Assembly (NCBI GenBank): GCA_963851445.1
Contig: CAWKPH010000001.1
Location: 297,363 to 361,362 of the forward strand
Source: an uncultured bacterium
Lineage (GTDB): Bacteria > Patescibacteriota > Minisyncoccia > Phycocordibacterales > Phycocordibacteraceae
Direction: 5' to 3'
Length of the DNA: 64,000 nt
In this document: piece after piece, positions 48,672 to 57,454 of the stretch
How positions within the stretch are numbered: the first letter of the stretch is position 1
How the letters are laid out: every line of letters starts with the position of its first letter
The notes under the pieces: model-generated
What the model was told of the DNA's origin: nothing
Databases searched by the model: none
Seen by the model: the letters and a program-made list of their open reading frames with translations, nothing else
Position numbers and translations under genes: made by a program

Positions 48672-49439
48672 TTGGAAGCACTCACTGCGGTCATGAAAGA
48701 CCACCCTGCGCTCCGTGCGAACGGACAGCGCACGATTTACGGTTACTTCGACGAGGGCGACATTCCGCTCCTCACGAAGGCCTATCCCCGCATCGGGGAA
48801 GGCGTGATCGGAAGGATTTCGCGGGCGATCAACGCCCCGCGCCTCCTCGAAGTCACGACCATCCTCGAGGTGGTGCACCGCTACCTTGAAGGGTCGTTCT
48901 CGAAGATTCGCGGCCTCGGCATCAACGCCGTCTCAAACCCTCTCTCCGTCCTCTTCTGGAACGGGGAGCAGGAACGGGTCCAGCGCATCAAGACGCGTGA
49001 AAGCGAACTGATGCACGGCGCGTGCGAGAAACTCGCGCTCCGCACCGACGGCGTCGCCAAGGTGAACGAGATTCTCGCAGAGTTGTTCGGCCTGCGCCTC
49101 GCCTTCGGCTGTTCGTGCTGCGCAATCGTGGTCAAGGTGTCGGACGCGCAGGCGCTCTTCGCCTCCGAGCACTATCACAATCGGGAGACCTTCGGGCGTC
49201 TTTTCGACTCTGACGTGCTCTGCGTAACGGGCGACCTACTCGAGGCCGATTCGGTTGCCGATCTTCCGTCGGACATCCTCGACGCCTCGTCCGACTTTCA
49301 CGAAGCGGAAGTCGCGAGCTACGTCCGCTTCGCGCGGGTGAACGAAATGACCGTGGCGACCAACATCGTCGCGTTCAATCCTCCCGTCGATGCGAGTCTC
49401 GTGGAGTTCCTCAAGGGGAACGCCCGCCTCGCCGCCTGA
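48672..49439 (+). CDS. High-GC (about 62%) hypothetical protein, 255 aa
   Basis: No recognised motif. Codon usage is foreign to the host. Confidence 0.4.
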   Translation: MEALTAVMKDHPALRANGQRTIYGYFDEGDIPLLTKAYPRIGEGVIGRISRAINAPRLLEVTTILEVVHRYLEGSFSKIRGLGINAVSNPLSVLFWNGEQERVQRIKTRESELMHGACEKLALRTDGVAKVNEILAELFGLRLAFGCSCCAIVVKVSDAQALFASEHYHNRETFGRLFDSDVLCVTGDLLEADSVADLPSDILDASSDFHEAEVASYVRFARVNEMTVATNIVAFNPPVDASLVEFLKGNARLAA

Positions 49440-49520
49440 CATCGGGCACTTCGCCCGCTTAAGGCACAAGGGTTCCGTCACAAGCGGAACCCTTTTTCTT
49501 TATCATTTATTTATATCTCC

Positions 49521-49922
49521 ATGCTTACTAACTATCTTATCGTCGCTTCTGCTATCGCCGTCGCATCACTTCTATGGTGGGCATGGCTTGATGATCACCC
49601 AGCATTTCATGTATGGGTAAAAAGCATACCGTTCTTCGGACAGCCGCTCGACTGTAGTGTTTGCTTTCCTATGTGGCTCACGTTTTTTGCGATGTTCTTC
49701 TTCCAGCCACTTGCGACTCCCATCGCATTGCTACTTCCGTGGAATAATGTTTTCGGCGTAATTGGACGTTTTATTCTCGAATGGTTCTCTGTGGGAGCAG
49801 GCATGTTCCTTATTCGACACTCAATCTTTGCACTTCGAGAGGCTGGCGCAGTTCTTAATCACAAGCATAAGAAGAATCACGAGGATGATGAGCGTGAGCA
49901 ACAGAAAATGATGAGTGCGTAA
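49521..49922 (+). CDS. Membrane protein (about 4 TM helices), unknown
   Basis: Hydrophobic, host-like GC. Confidence 0.35.
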   Translation: MLTNYLIVASAIAVASLLWWAWLDDHPAFHVWVKSIPFFGQPLDCSVCFPMWLTFFAMFFFQPLATPIALLLPWNNVFGVIGRFILEWFSVGAGMFLIRHSIFALREAGAVLNHKHKKNHEDDEREQQKMMSA

Positions 49923-49946
49923 GATAACGTTTGTGTAAGAAGTATA

Positions 49947-50825
49947 CTAAGAAAGCCTATCCGAAAGAGGTTTCTTTGCCGTGAAGAATACTGGAAGAAC
50001 AAGAAGCGCTAAGAGTGGCGCGGTATTCGGATCGGTAGGGGTACCGACGATGAGCGTGGAGAGCTGTCCGAAATCTTGACCAAGCCACCATACAAAGAAA
50101 AGGAATACCAGTGCAGTGGTGCCGGTAATCCTGTTTGGTTTGAATAATAGAACGAGACCGACGAGAAACGGAACGACAACTAGTAATAGATTTGATGGTA
50201 TCGGATTGAGGCCGACAAGTACATAAATATGATTCGGCAAGGTACTCACAAGATGGAACGGGTCCATCATTGCCGTCATAAAGTTTCCTTGTGCTCCTGT
50301 CGCCGCCCAAAGTGAAGATTGCAACTGCAAGAGGGAGCCGAGAATGAATGTTCCGCCTGCGATTTTCGGATACCACCCAATGTGCACTTTCTCTGGAATG
50401 AGGAGTAGCACCCCGAGCAAGATGTAAAGCAGAACGGCACCTGGAGCTCCGGTATAAAAACTCGCACTACCGGTGAAGAGTTGTCCTGCTCCCTCCCCAC
50501 AGAACCAAACTACGATGCCCCATATGATTGATATCCAGAGACCTGCTTTGAACTTCTTGCTTGGAAGAGGACAAAGCAACAAAAGACCTATGGCCACCTG
50601 AAGTAAGGCGGCAGCGGTGTTCGTGATAATCGTATTCGTGCTCCAGAGTTGTATGCCCCAAGTAACGATCAGGTGTAGAAGCGTCGGTTGATTATTAAGG
50701 AGTGGTGTCAGGATATTGGTCACGAACTCTGGACCGAACATCTGAGGTTGAAGTTGCAAAAGGCCATCAAGAAGCCAAAGTGCACCTAGACTTTTAGCAA
50801 CAATATTTCTTGAGGCGTTAGTCAC
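49947..50825 (-). CDS. Polytopic membrane protein (about 8 TM helices), GTG start
   Basis: Hydrophobic 292-aa ORF. The start overlaps a 3-7 codon mini-ORF that emerges from repeat copy 2. Confidence 0.4.
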   Translation of the reverse strand: MTNASRNIVAKSLGALWLLDGLLQLQPQMFGPEFVTNILTPLLNNQPTLLHLIVTWGIQLWSTNTIITNTAAALLQVAIGLLLLCPLPSKKFKAGLWISIIWGIVVWFCGEGAGQLFTGSASFYTGAPGAVLLYILLGVLLLIPEKVHIGWYPKIAGGTFILGSLLQLQSSLWAATGAQGNFMTAMMDPFHLVSTLPNHIYVLVGLNPIPSNLLLVVVPFLVGLVLLFKPNRITGTTALVFLFFVWWLGQDFGQLSTLIVGTPTDPNTAPLLALLVLPVFFTAKKPLSDRLS

Positions 50826-50844
50826 GATGTCATTCTAGCAATCA

Positions 50845-50935
50845 ATTCTAGTTTCTCCCTCACGCCCGCCATATATTCCGGATCTGATAATATGGTTAGA
50901 TAATCGGCACCCCTCCCGCCCACGGTTCAGTTAAT
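50845..50935. repeat. Island repeat copy 2 (short form)
   Basis: TTCTCCCTCACGCCCGCCATATATTCCGGATCTGATAATATGGTTAGATAATCGGCACCCCTCCCGCCC. 3' extension is shared with copy 4. Confidence 0.6.
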
Positions 50936-50998
50936 ATAACTTTTTGTATAAAAAAGAACGGCACACGCGAAGTGGCCGTCCTAGGGTTGTCTTTTCAA

Positions 50999-52276
50999 TC
51001 ATGACTCAGAGTCCAATATGGATCTCACTTCTTGAACAGCCACCACAAGTTTCTTATAGGCCTTTTCGCCCCTAGCTTTTCTAATCGCGGCTAATGAAGC
51101 TTCCTCTTGCTCCAGGTTCGGTTCTGGTTGCTCGATACCAAAGTAGAAGTAGGCGACCGATGTACTCAAGGCTCGTGCAATGAGCAACAGCCGTCCAGCA
51201 CTAAGGTAGTCACCTCGTTCATAGTGTTGTAGCTGTTGCATCGACAAATTAGTCGCATCACCAAGCTGAGTTGTCGTGAGACCTAACGCGATTCGTCTTC
51301 GACGAATCCTTCCCCCGATCCATTTTTGGATCTCTATCTCCGTCAGAGCCTCTTGTGGAATCGGTACTTCGGTAATAGTAGATTGGGTTGAGACAAGACC
51401 AACGCGAGAACCGAAGTTTTCGTAGACCTGTCGATGACGGAGATATTTCTCGATAAGATTTCGCCTTTTAGCCCCTTCGCGCACATCTCGATTCCCCTCG
51501 GCAGGCCCAGATATTTCGAGATGCTTATAAAGTCGAGTGATAATCATTCCCACGTCCCCGACTTTAAGCTGGAGCTTACTCGCGACCTCGACGTTCATAA
51601 GACCCTCAACAAGTAGGTCGAGGACCTTGATTGTTCTTGATGGAAGCAGAGCAACCTTCGGATCGTACCCAGCACTTCTGATGGGGTCCGAGAGGACAGA
51701 TGATTCGACTTTCTTATCGTCAGCGAGAATCGGTTTACTAGACTCATTAACCACGACACTTGCTTCCGGTTCTGCTTCCGGAGTAGGTTTTTTCGCAATG
51801 GGAGTAACTACTTCTTTCGGTCCCACAACCTTACGAGGAACCGGAGGCGGGGTAGCGGGTGTAGTCGCAATGGGTGCAGGTTCTGTAGCTCTACGAATCA
51901 AAGGCGGCCTATCTTGCTGAGGCGGCGCGGGACGCGGAGTTTCCGCGCCTCGTGCCAAGTGATATTCGCACAGACCCGTTACTGGATCTTTCACCTTTCG
52001 TGGCTCACCGGCTTCAAGCAGGCAGGCCTTGCAGGCACGTACTTTGGAGGTGCATTTAATGGAACAGCACCCCACATTGCGAGAAATAATTCTTGTAGTC
52101 GCAATACATACTGCTTCACTCACTCCTTTCGGGTTGAATGCGCATGGCACATGGAAGATCTTCACATCAGCCACTCTGGCTGCGTTTCCGTCAGTGGTCA
52201 TCGGAGCCTCCTTGGCTAGAGTTTCAGAGAACGACCATTCTGCGAGGGAGTATTGCATATCGGTAACGCATTTCAA
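50999..52276 (-). CDS. Multi-domain regulator: N-terminal Cys-rich zinc ribbon, Pro-rich linker, LuxR/GerE-type HTH, C-terminal XRE-type HTH
   Basis: The LuxR/GerE HTH is SRTIKVLDLLVEGLMNVEVASKLQLKVGDVGMIITRLYKHL. The XRE (Cro/C1) HTH is IRRRRIALGLTTTQLGDATNLSMQQLQHYERGDYLSAGRLLLIARAL. The start is TTG at 52276 or ATG at 52258. Confidence 0.5.
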   Translation of the reverse strand: MKCVTDMQYSLAEWSFSETLAKEAPMTTDGNAARVADVKIFHVPCAFNPKGVSEAVCIATTRIISRNVGCCSIKCTSKVRACKACLLEAGEPRKVKDPVTGLCEYHLARGAETPRPAPPQQDRPPLIRRATEPAPIATTPATPPPVPRKVVGPKEVVTPIAKKPTPEAEPEASVVVNESSKPILADDKKVESSVLSDPIRSAGYDPKVALLPSRTIKVLDLLVEGLMNVEVASKLQLKVGDVGMIITRLYKHLEISGPAEGNRDVREGAKRRNLIEKYLRHRQVYENFGSRVGLVSTQSTITEVPIPQEALTEIEIQKWIGGRIRRRRIALGLTTTQLGDATNLSMQQLQHYERGDYLSAGRLLLIARALSTSVAYFYFGIEQPEPNLEQEEASLAAIRKARGEKAYKKLVVAVQEVRSILDSES

Positions 52277-52310
52277 AGCTCGTTAACTTTGCTCGACACA
52301 TGTCGTAATC

Positions 52311-52445
52311 ATATTTAACTTCTCCCTCACTCCCGCCATATACTCCGGATCAGACAATATAGTTAGATAGTCGGCACCCCTTCCGCCCTCGTTTTTCAGC
52401 CTTTATATACAGCGCCTCACAGCGTCGGAGTAACGGAAATAGATC
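52311..52445. repeat. Island repeat copy 3 (long form, about 135 nt)
   Basis: TTCTCCCTCACTCCCGCCATATACTCCGGATCAGACAATATAGTTAGATAGTCGGCACCCCTTCCGCCCTCGTTTTTCAGCC.... Confidence 0.6.
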
Positions 52446-52468
52446 CATACGGGTAGAAACCGCTAGGA

Positions 52469-52501
52469 TTGACAAGAATACAATATATATATATTGTATT
52501 C
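52469..52501 (+). promoter_or_regulatory. Putative sigma70-type promoter (TTGACA-N17-TATTGT) overlapped by a perfect 26-bp AT-rich palindrome, upstream of the DUF262 gene
   Basis: GAATACAATATATATATATTGTATTC is a perfect palindrome covering the -10 region. Confidence 0.4.
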
Positions 52502-52608
52502 AACGGAATGTCATGAAGGCATACCCTCGAACATAAGGCCGTCCAAGACGGTACTGCTTCGGGTCTGTTCCAACCAGTCCACAGCCAAACACATGGAGCT
52601 GACGACCA

Positions 52609-53692
52609 ATGGTTACCAACCTCACTTCGATCAAGATCCTCAACCCGGGTCTCGATGAGTTCAACGGCAACATCATCCTGCGCGGTGTCGTTTCGCCTGA
52701 CTCCTTCGTCCACCTCAAAGTCGACGACTATCAGCGTGAAGTCTCCCCGCTCACCAGCCAGTCCAGTATCCTCAGCGCCCTCGAGGGCAATGAGTCCCTG
52801 CCGGACATCGAGCTCGGCATGCGCGAAGAACTTCAAGGAGGAGAAGGACGGCACGATCAAGCTCTTGGATCCCGTCTACATCGTCGACGGACTCCAGCGC
52901 GTCTCGACCGCCATTCACTTCCTGAACCAGAAGCCCGACGCCCCGGTTCGCATCGGCGCTATGGTGCACTTCGACACGACCAAGGAATGGGAGCGTGATC
53001 GCTTCCGCACCTTGAACACCTTGCGTGCCAAGGTGTCGCCGAACGTTCTCTTGCGCAATCGTCGCGAGGACAGCCGTGCCGTGTTGATGCTCTTCGGCCT
53101 CTCGGGCAACACCCGGGACTTCGTCATGCACAACCGTGTGTCCTGGGGCCAGCGCATGACGCGGGGCGAGCTCATTACGGCCCTTACCTTCGCGAAGTGT
53201 GCGGGCTACATCCACTCGCACAAGACGGCCGGCAAGTCGAACAGCATCGATGCGCTGGTTCCAGCGCTTGATCGGGCGGTCGACGTCATCGGCCTCCAGA
53301 ACATGCGCGAGAACATCAAGGCCTTCTTCGATCTGGTGGATGAATGCTGGGGCATTCGTCGTGTGCAGTACCGCGAAGGCGCGGCCTACATGCGCGGACA
53401 GTTCCTCTTCGTCCTGGCTCGTCTGATCGCCGATCATACGGACTTCTGGCGTCAGCCGGATGAGAAGAAGCTCTTCGTTGAAGCGCCCCTCAAGCGCAAG
53501 CTCGCGATGTTCCCGGTGCACGACCCTCAGGTCGTGACGCTGGCGGGCTCGACTGGGAAGGCACGCGAGATGCTCTACATGCTCCTGCGCGATCACATCA
53601 ACCGGGGCAAGACGACGAAGCGCCTCAACTCGCGCAAAGCCGATATCGTCGACTTCAGCGAGGAAGAGGAGGACAGCAACGCAGCGGCCTAG
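52609..53692 (+). CDS. DUF262 (GmrSD N-terminal / ParB-like nuclease superfamily) defence-type protein, about 58% GC, with a +1 frame break
   Basis: Frame 1 carries ...LKVDDYQREVSPL...LPDIELGMRE (the QR motif). Frame 2, from about 52835, carries KNFKEEKDGTIKLLDPVYIVDGLQRVSTAIHFL (the DGQQR-type motif) plus about 280 aa of C-terminal sequence. The junction is near 52826-52840. Confidence 0.55.
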
Positions 53693-53749
53693 GATTTGTG
53701 GTGGGCGTGAGTAATATCGCGCCCACCACACCCCCGCGAGGAGGTCTGG

Positions 53750-53905
53750 ATGCAAACTAGCTCTAACAGGTCAGCCAACATCTATGAGCGTGCTCAACGT
53801 GAACTTCGCCTCGCTCGCCGAAATATCGGTCGTGCGTGGCGAATAATCGAAGAGGCCAAGCTCCAGTTGGTTCACTCGAAATCTCGAGATTTACTCTCGA
53901 AATGA
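53750..53905 (+). CDS. Small ORF (52 aa, Arg-rich helical) with a strong RBS, directly downstream of the DUF262 gene
   Basis: GAGGAGG-N5-ATG. MQTSSNRSANIYERAQRELRLARRNIGRAWRIIEEAKLQLVHSKSRDLLSK. High GC, like its neighbour. Confidence 0.3.
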   Translation: MQTSSNRSANIYERAQRELRLARRNIGRAWRIIEEAKLQLVHSKSRDLLSK

Positions 53906-53994
53906 CGACTCGCTACGGTGGGTCGTTTTCTTTGTATGAAAATAAAGGGAGGCTGTTACCCCACTCAGAGCGATATCATTTTACATGGAGCCAA

Positions 53995-54085
53995 TCATAT
54001 TCAACTTTTCCCGCACTCTCGCCATGTGCTCTGGATTAGATAGCATAGTTAGATAATCCACACCCCGCCCATAGTTAATGATAAT
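53995..54085. repeat. Island repeat copy 4 (short form, most diverged)
   Basis: TTTTCCCGCACTCTCGCCATGTGCTCTGGATTAGATAGCATAGTTAGATAATCCACACCCCGCCC. Confidence 0.5.
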
Positions 54086-54093
54086 ATTGTGCA

Positions 54094-54882
54094 ATGTCGA
54101 TGCAGCGGTTGCTCACGAAAGTTCCGGAAATAACTATCTATTTCTGGATTGTAAAAGTTTTAACCACAGCTTTTGGAGAGAGCTTGTCTGATTTTCTTGT
54201 AAAGATAATTAATCCTGAGATTGCAGTGGCGATCGGAGCCATTGTTTTCTCGATCGCTCTCTTCCTTCAACTTCGAGTCCATCGATACTTTCCATGGATT
54301 TATTGGTTTGCAGTTGCAATGGTTGCCGTATTTGGCACGATGGTTGCCGACGTCTTGCATATCGGATTTGGCATCCCCTATATCGTGACGACAATTTTTT
54401 TCGCTATTTCACTAGCTATAATCTTTGTGCTTTGGTACCGAGTGGAGGGAACGTTATCAATACACAGTATCTACACACTGCGGCGTGAATTTTTTTATTG
54501 GGCAACCGTTATGGCAACATTTGCACTCGGTACTGCTGCGGGAGATATGACCGCCTCGACTCTGGGCCTCGGGTACTTCACATCGGGTATATTATTTGCA
54601 ATATTGCTTGGCTTCGTAGTGATTGCACACTACATACTTAAAGGTATTGCGAACGTTGAACACATACGATTTAGAAACGAAGTTGTCGCTTTTTGGGTTG
54701 CATATATTCTGACGCGCCCGCTTGGAGCCTCGTTCGCTGATTGGATGGGGAAGGCACCAAGCGTAGGGGGACTTGGATGGGGAGATGGAACTGTAAGTCT
54801 AGGGCTCGGTATTCTTATTGTAGGATTTGTGGGCTACTTGGCTTTTACTCGCAAAGATCAACCAAGAAGGAAACCATCGTAA
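54094..54882 (+). CDS. Polytopic membrane protein (about 7 TM helices), unknown
   Basis: Hydrophobic 262-aa ORF immediately after repeat copy 4. Confidence 0.4.
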   Translation: MSMQRLLTKVPEITIYFWIVKVLTTAFGESLSDFLVKIINPEIAVAIGAIVFSIALFLQLRVHRYFPWIYWFAVAMVAVFGTMVADVLHIGFGIPYIVTTIFFAISLAIIFVLWYRVEGTLSIHSIYTLRREFFYWATVMATFALGTAAGDMTASTLGLGYFTSGILFAILLGFVVIAHYILKGIANVEHIRFRNEVVAFWVAYILTRPLGASFADWMGKAPSVGGLGWGDGTVSLGLGILIVGFVGYLAFTRKDQPRRKPS

Positions 54883-54906
54883 TGCGTACAGCGTTATAGA
54901 CACTGC

Positions 54907-55188
54907 ATGAAGAAATTATTTTTAGGCCTTGGAGTGCTACTCATTCTAGTTATTGTTGTTTTTGGAGTCTTTCAAATTTATACGGTAGATAAAGCGCATA
55001 GCACATTTGAAAATTACTACGCATTTCGAGGTTGTTCACAACTTATAAGTAAGACAGCGGATTCAGCAACATGCGCATTGTCGTCAGGAAAAACTATAAA
55101 AATAGTCGAATACGATGACAAATGGTATCTCGATGGGGACTTGCCATGCTCGGGCCCGCTTGCCCAGTATTTGCTTTGTTTGATTTAG
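54907..55188 (+). CDS. Small secreted protein with 4 Cys
   Basis: Signal peptide MKKLFLGLGVLLILVIVVFGVF. Confidence 0.35.
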   Translation: MKKLFLGLGVLLILVIVVFGVFQIYTVDKAHSTFENYYAFRGCSQLISKTADSATCALSSGKTIKIVEYDDKWYLDGDLPCSGPLAQYLLCLI

Positions 55189-55259
55189 TCATAGCTTTGA
55201 ACAATTTCGATGAGTTAGAAATACACGCCGAGGGGTTCTTTTTGGTATAGTACGGAGTA

Positions 55260-55754
55260 ATGATGAAGGCAATTAAGGGATTCTTTGGTGAATTCCAGAC
55301 GTTTGCGTCGCGCGGAAATTTTCTCGATCTTGCCGTCGGCATTGTCATTGGAACCTCATTCACCGCCGTTACAACCGCACTTGTCACAAATATCCTTACA
55401 CCGCCACTTGGTCTTTTGATAGGACGTGTGAATTTCACTGATCTAAAAATTCCGATCGGTGGCAGCGCATCGATCCAGTACGGCCTATTTTTTCAAGCGA
55501 TCATTCAATTCATAATCACCGCATTCGCACTTTTCATACTCATTCGTTCCATTAACCATCTTGAAGATATCGCAAAGCGTAAACAAAATGAAAATGATCC
55601 GCCTGCAGCACCTCCTGAACCAACCGATCCACCCGATGTTGCTCTACTCAAAGAGATTCGTGATGTATTGAAACAACAGCAACCTCAGCACCATAATCTC
55701 GCGCGAGAATCGAGCGAATCACCGCCCGTTACGCCTCCGGCAAATTCCTCGTAA
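55260..55754 (+). CDS. mscL: Large-conductance mechanosensitive channel MscL
   Basis: FKGFFGEFQTFASRGNFLDLAVGIVIG is the MscL N-terminal signature. Two TM helices. Confidence 0.8.
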   Translation: MMKAIKGFFGEFQTFASRGNFLDLAVGIVIGTSFTAVTTALVTNILTPPLGLLIGRVNFTDLKIPIGGSASIQYGLFFQAIIQFIITAFALFILIRSINHLEDIAKRKQNENDPPAAPPEPTDPPDVALLKEIRDVLKQQQPQHHNLARESSESPPVTPPANSS

Positions 55755-55859
55755 CTCTTTATTTAGGGGGTGTGGCTCGAATGTTCCTAGTGCAGGAGAA
55801 ATCACCATAAGAAAAAGCCGCCAACCCCAATATGGAGAAGGCGGTCTCGGTAGTAAATC

Positions 55860-56903
55860 TTAAAGGAGCGAACGCTTTAGGAAGTCCCGGAAGTTCAGAC
55901 CACACACATTTTGCAGCCGCAGGGAATCATACCCCCCATCGATGAACGCCGTTTGAAGGATATACAGCATTATGCTGCCACGCTCGATAAGTTCAGGGGG
56001 CCGATCCGGAAAATATTCCCCGAGAGCTCCCTGCGGTTTGACGATGTTCTGGATCATGTTCTCGAAGTGCCCCCTGGCCGCTTCCATCGTCATATCGATG
56101 TGATTGCAATCTGATCCGACCCCGATCGCGTGCTCGCCGCAAATCGACTCAAGGTAATCGGCATGTCTGACATACTCCGTCAGATAATCCTTACCCTCTT
56201 CGCACATCATGAATGTGATGGCGGGCACGCCGATGTAGCCGCCGAGCTCCACGATGCCCTGTGCGATCTCGTCAGGGAGATTGCGCGGATGTGGGTAGAT
56301 GCTGTAGCTGCCGGAGTGACTCGCCATTATTGGCAGCCTGAGCTTTTCCCTATGAATCAGCTCAAGCGCGCCGGCCGCCGTTTTGTGTCCCGCGTGCGAC
56401 AGGTCAAGAATGATGCCGTACTGGGCCATGGAACGGATGAGCTCCTTGCCAGCATCGGTTAGTGGGCTTTGTCCCTTATACCCGTCGCCGTACTCGGTGG
56501 GTCCGGCATAGGCGATAGCCATACACTGGACTCCTTCGCGACGCAGCTCTTGGAGCTGCGCGCTCGATAGCCCTTCAGGGCTATGCTGCATCCCGAAGAG
56601 AACGCCAATTGAAGCACCACTGCCCAACACAACGTCGTTCATCTTCAGGACATGATGGACGTTCGCGTTTGAAAGCGTTTGGGCCATAAATTGCCGATGA
56701 ACAGCGAGGGCGTTGGCGAACTCCCTGACAGGGGGCGGTACGCTCGTCAAATGAGCGAGCGATAGAACTGGGCGCTTCGAAGGGTCGAAGATTGGCGGTT
56801 GCATTTGTAGAGCAACAAACGCCATTGAATCTGCATAGTACATGGTGGCCTCCAAGCCTGGGTTGTCTAAGTTGAATATAACAGAATTATGTGAACGTGT
56901 CAA
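55860..56903 (-). CDS. Membrane dipeptidase (peptidase M19 / renal dipeptidase family)
   Basis: DLSHAGH, MASHSGS, GSDCNHID and GGYDSL metal-binding motifs of the M19 amidohydrolase fold. Confidence 0.65.
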   Translation of the reverse strand: MTRSHNSVIFNLDNPGLEATMYYADSMAFVALQMQPPIFDPSKRPVLSLAHLTSVPPPVREFANALAVHRQFMAQTLSNANVHHVLKMNDVVLGSGASIGVLFGMQHSPEGLSSAQLQELRREGVQCMAIAYAGPTEYGDGYKGQSPLTDAGKELIRSMAQYGIILDLSHAGHKTAAGALELIHREKLRLPIMASHSGSYSIYPHPRNLPDEIAQGIVELGGYIGVPAITFMMCEEGKDYLTEYVRHADYLESICGEHAIGVGSDCNHIDMTMEAARGHFENMIQNIVKPQGALGEYFPDRPPELIERGSIMLYILQTAFIDGGYDSLRLQNVCGLNFRDFLKRSLL

Positions 56904-56945
56904 AACTCACTTACTCTGCTTTGCACACACCTAATGGTAGAGAAC

Positions 56946-57368
56946 CTACTTGAGACACTCCAGTACAGCGTTCAGATAACCGGGAGAGATATAAGCATGC
57001 ATGTCGTTTCTTATCTGGTCGATGTCATTTGCGCTAACCCATCGGTACTCTTCATGTTCATCACTGAAGGAAACCGAAAAGGGATCAGCATCGATTCTAT
57101 AAAAAATGAGAAACAGGCCGAGCTCATCTTTTAAGTCTTTTGGGAGACGATAGGCACTTATGATTTTCTTTTGACTGTAATTTCCCAGTGAAGGAACTTC
57201 TTCTTTGAGCTCGCGATTAAGGGTCTCCTCTATAGTTTCATTATCATCAATTCGTCCTCCAGGTATATCCCAGAAGTAATTGCCAGATTGATCCTTCTTC
57301 TTGAGAAGTAGCACTTTATTATCCACACGTATCACACCTTTCACTCCGACGTAAAAAGTCTTAAGCAT
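56946..57368 (-). CDS. NUDIX hydrolase
   Basis: Nudix box GGRIDDNETIEETLNRELKEEV. Confidence 0.75.
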   Translation of the reverse strand: MLKTFYVGVKGVIRVDNKVLLLKKKDQSGNYFWDIPGGRIDDNETIEETLNRELKEEVPSLGNYSQKKIISAYRLPKDLKDELGLFLIFYRIDADPFSVSFSDEHEEYRWVSANDIDQIRNDMHAYISPGYLNAVLECLK

Positions 57369-57454
57369 TAAAGGATTATAACCCTTCTTGCTCGGTCTCG
57401 TGTATCGGCTTAGGACGTCTTAGTCTCTTAACCACGGAGGTATACTGCTTCATA

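Noticed and set aside
46750-54090. The four repeats interpreted as integron attC sites flanking cassettes
   Set aside because: No tyrosine (IntI-type) integrase is present. Repeats are not placed regularly after every ORF and lack the R''/L''/L'/R' core organisation. Intervals contain multi-gene blocks on both strands.
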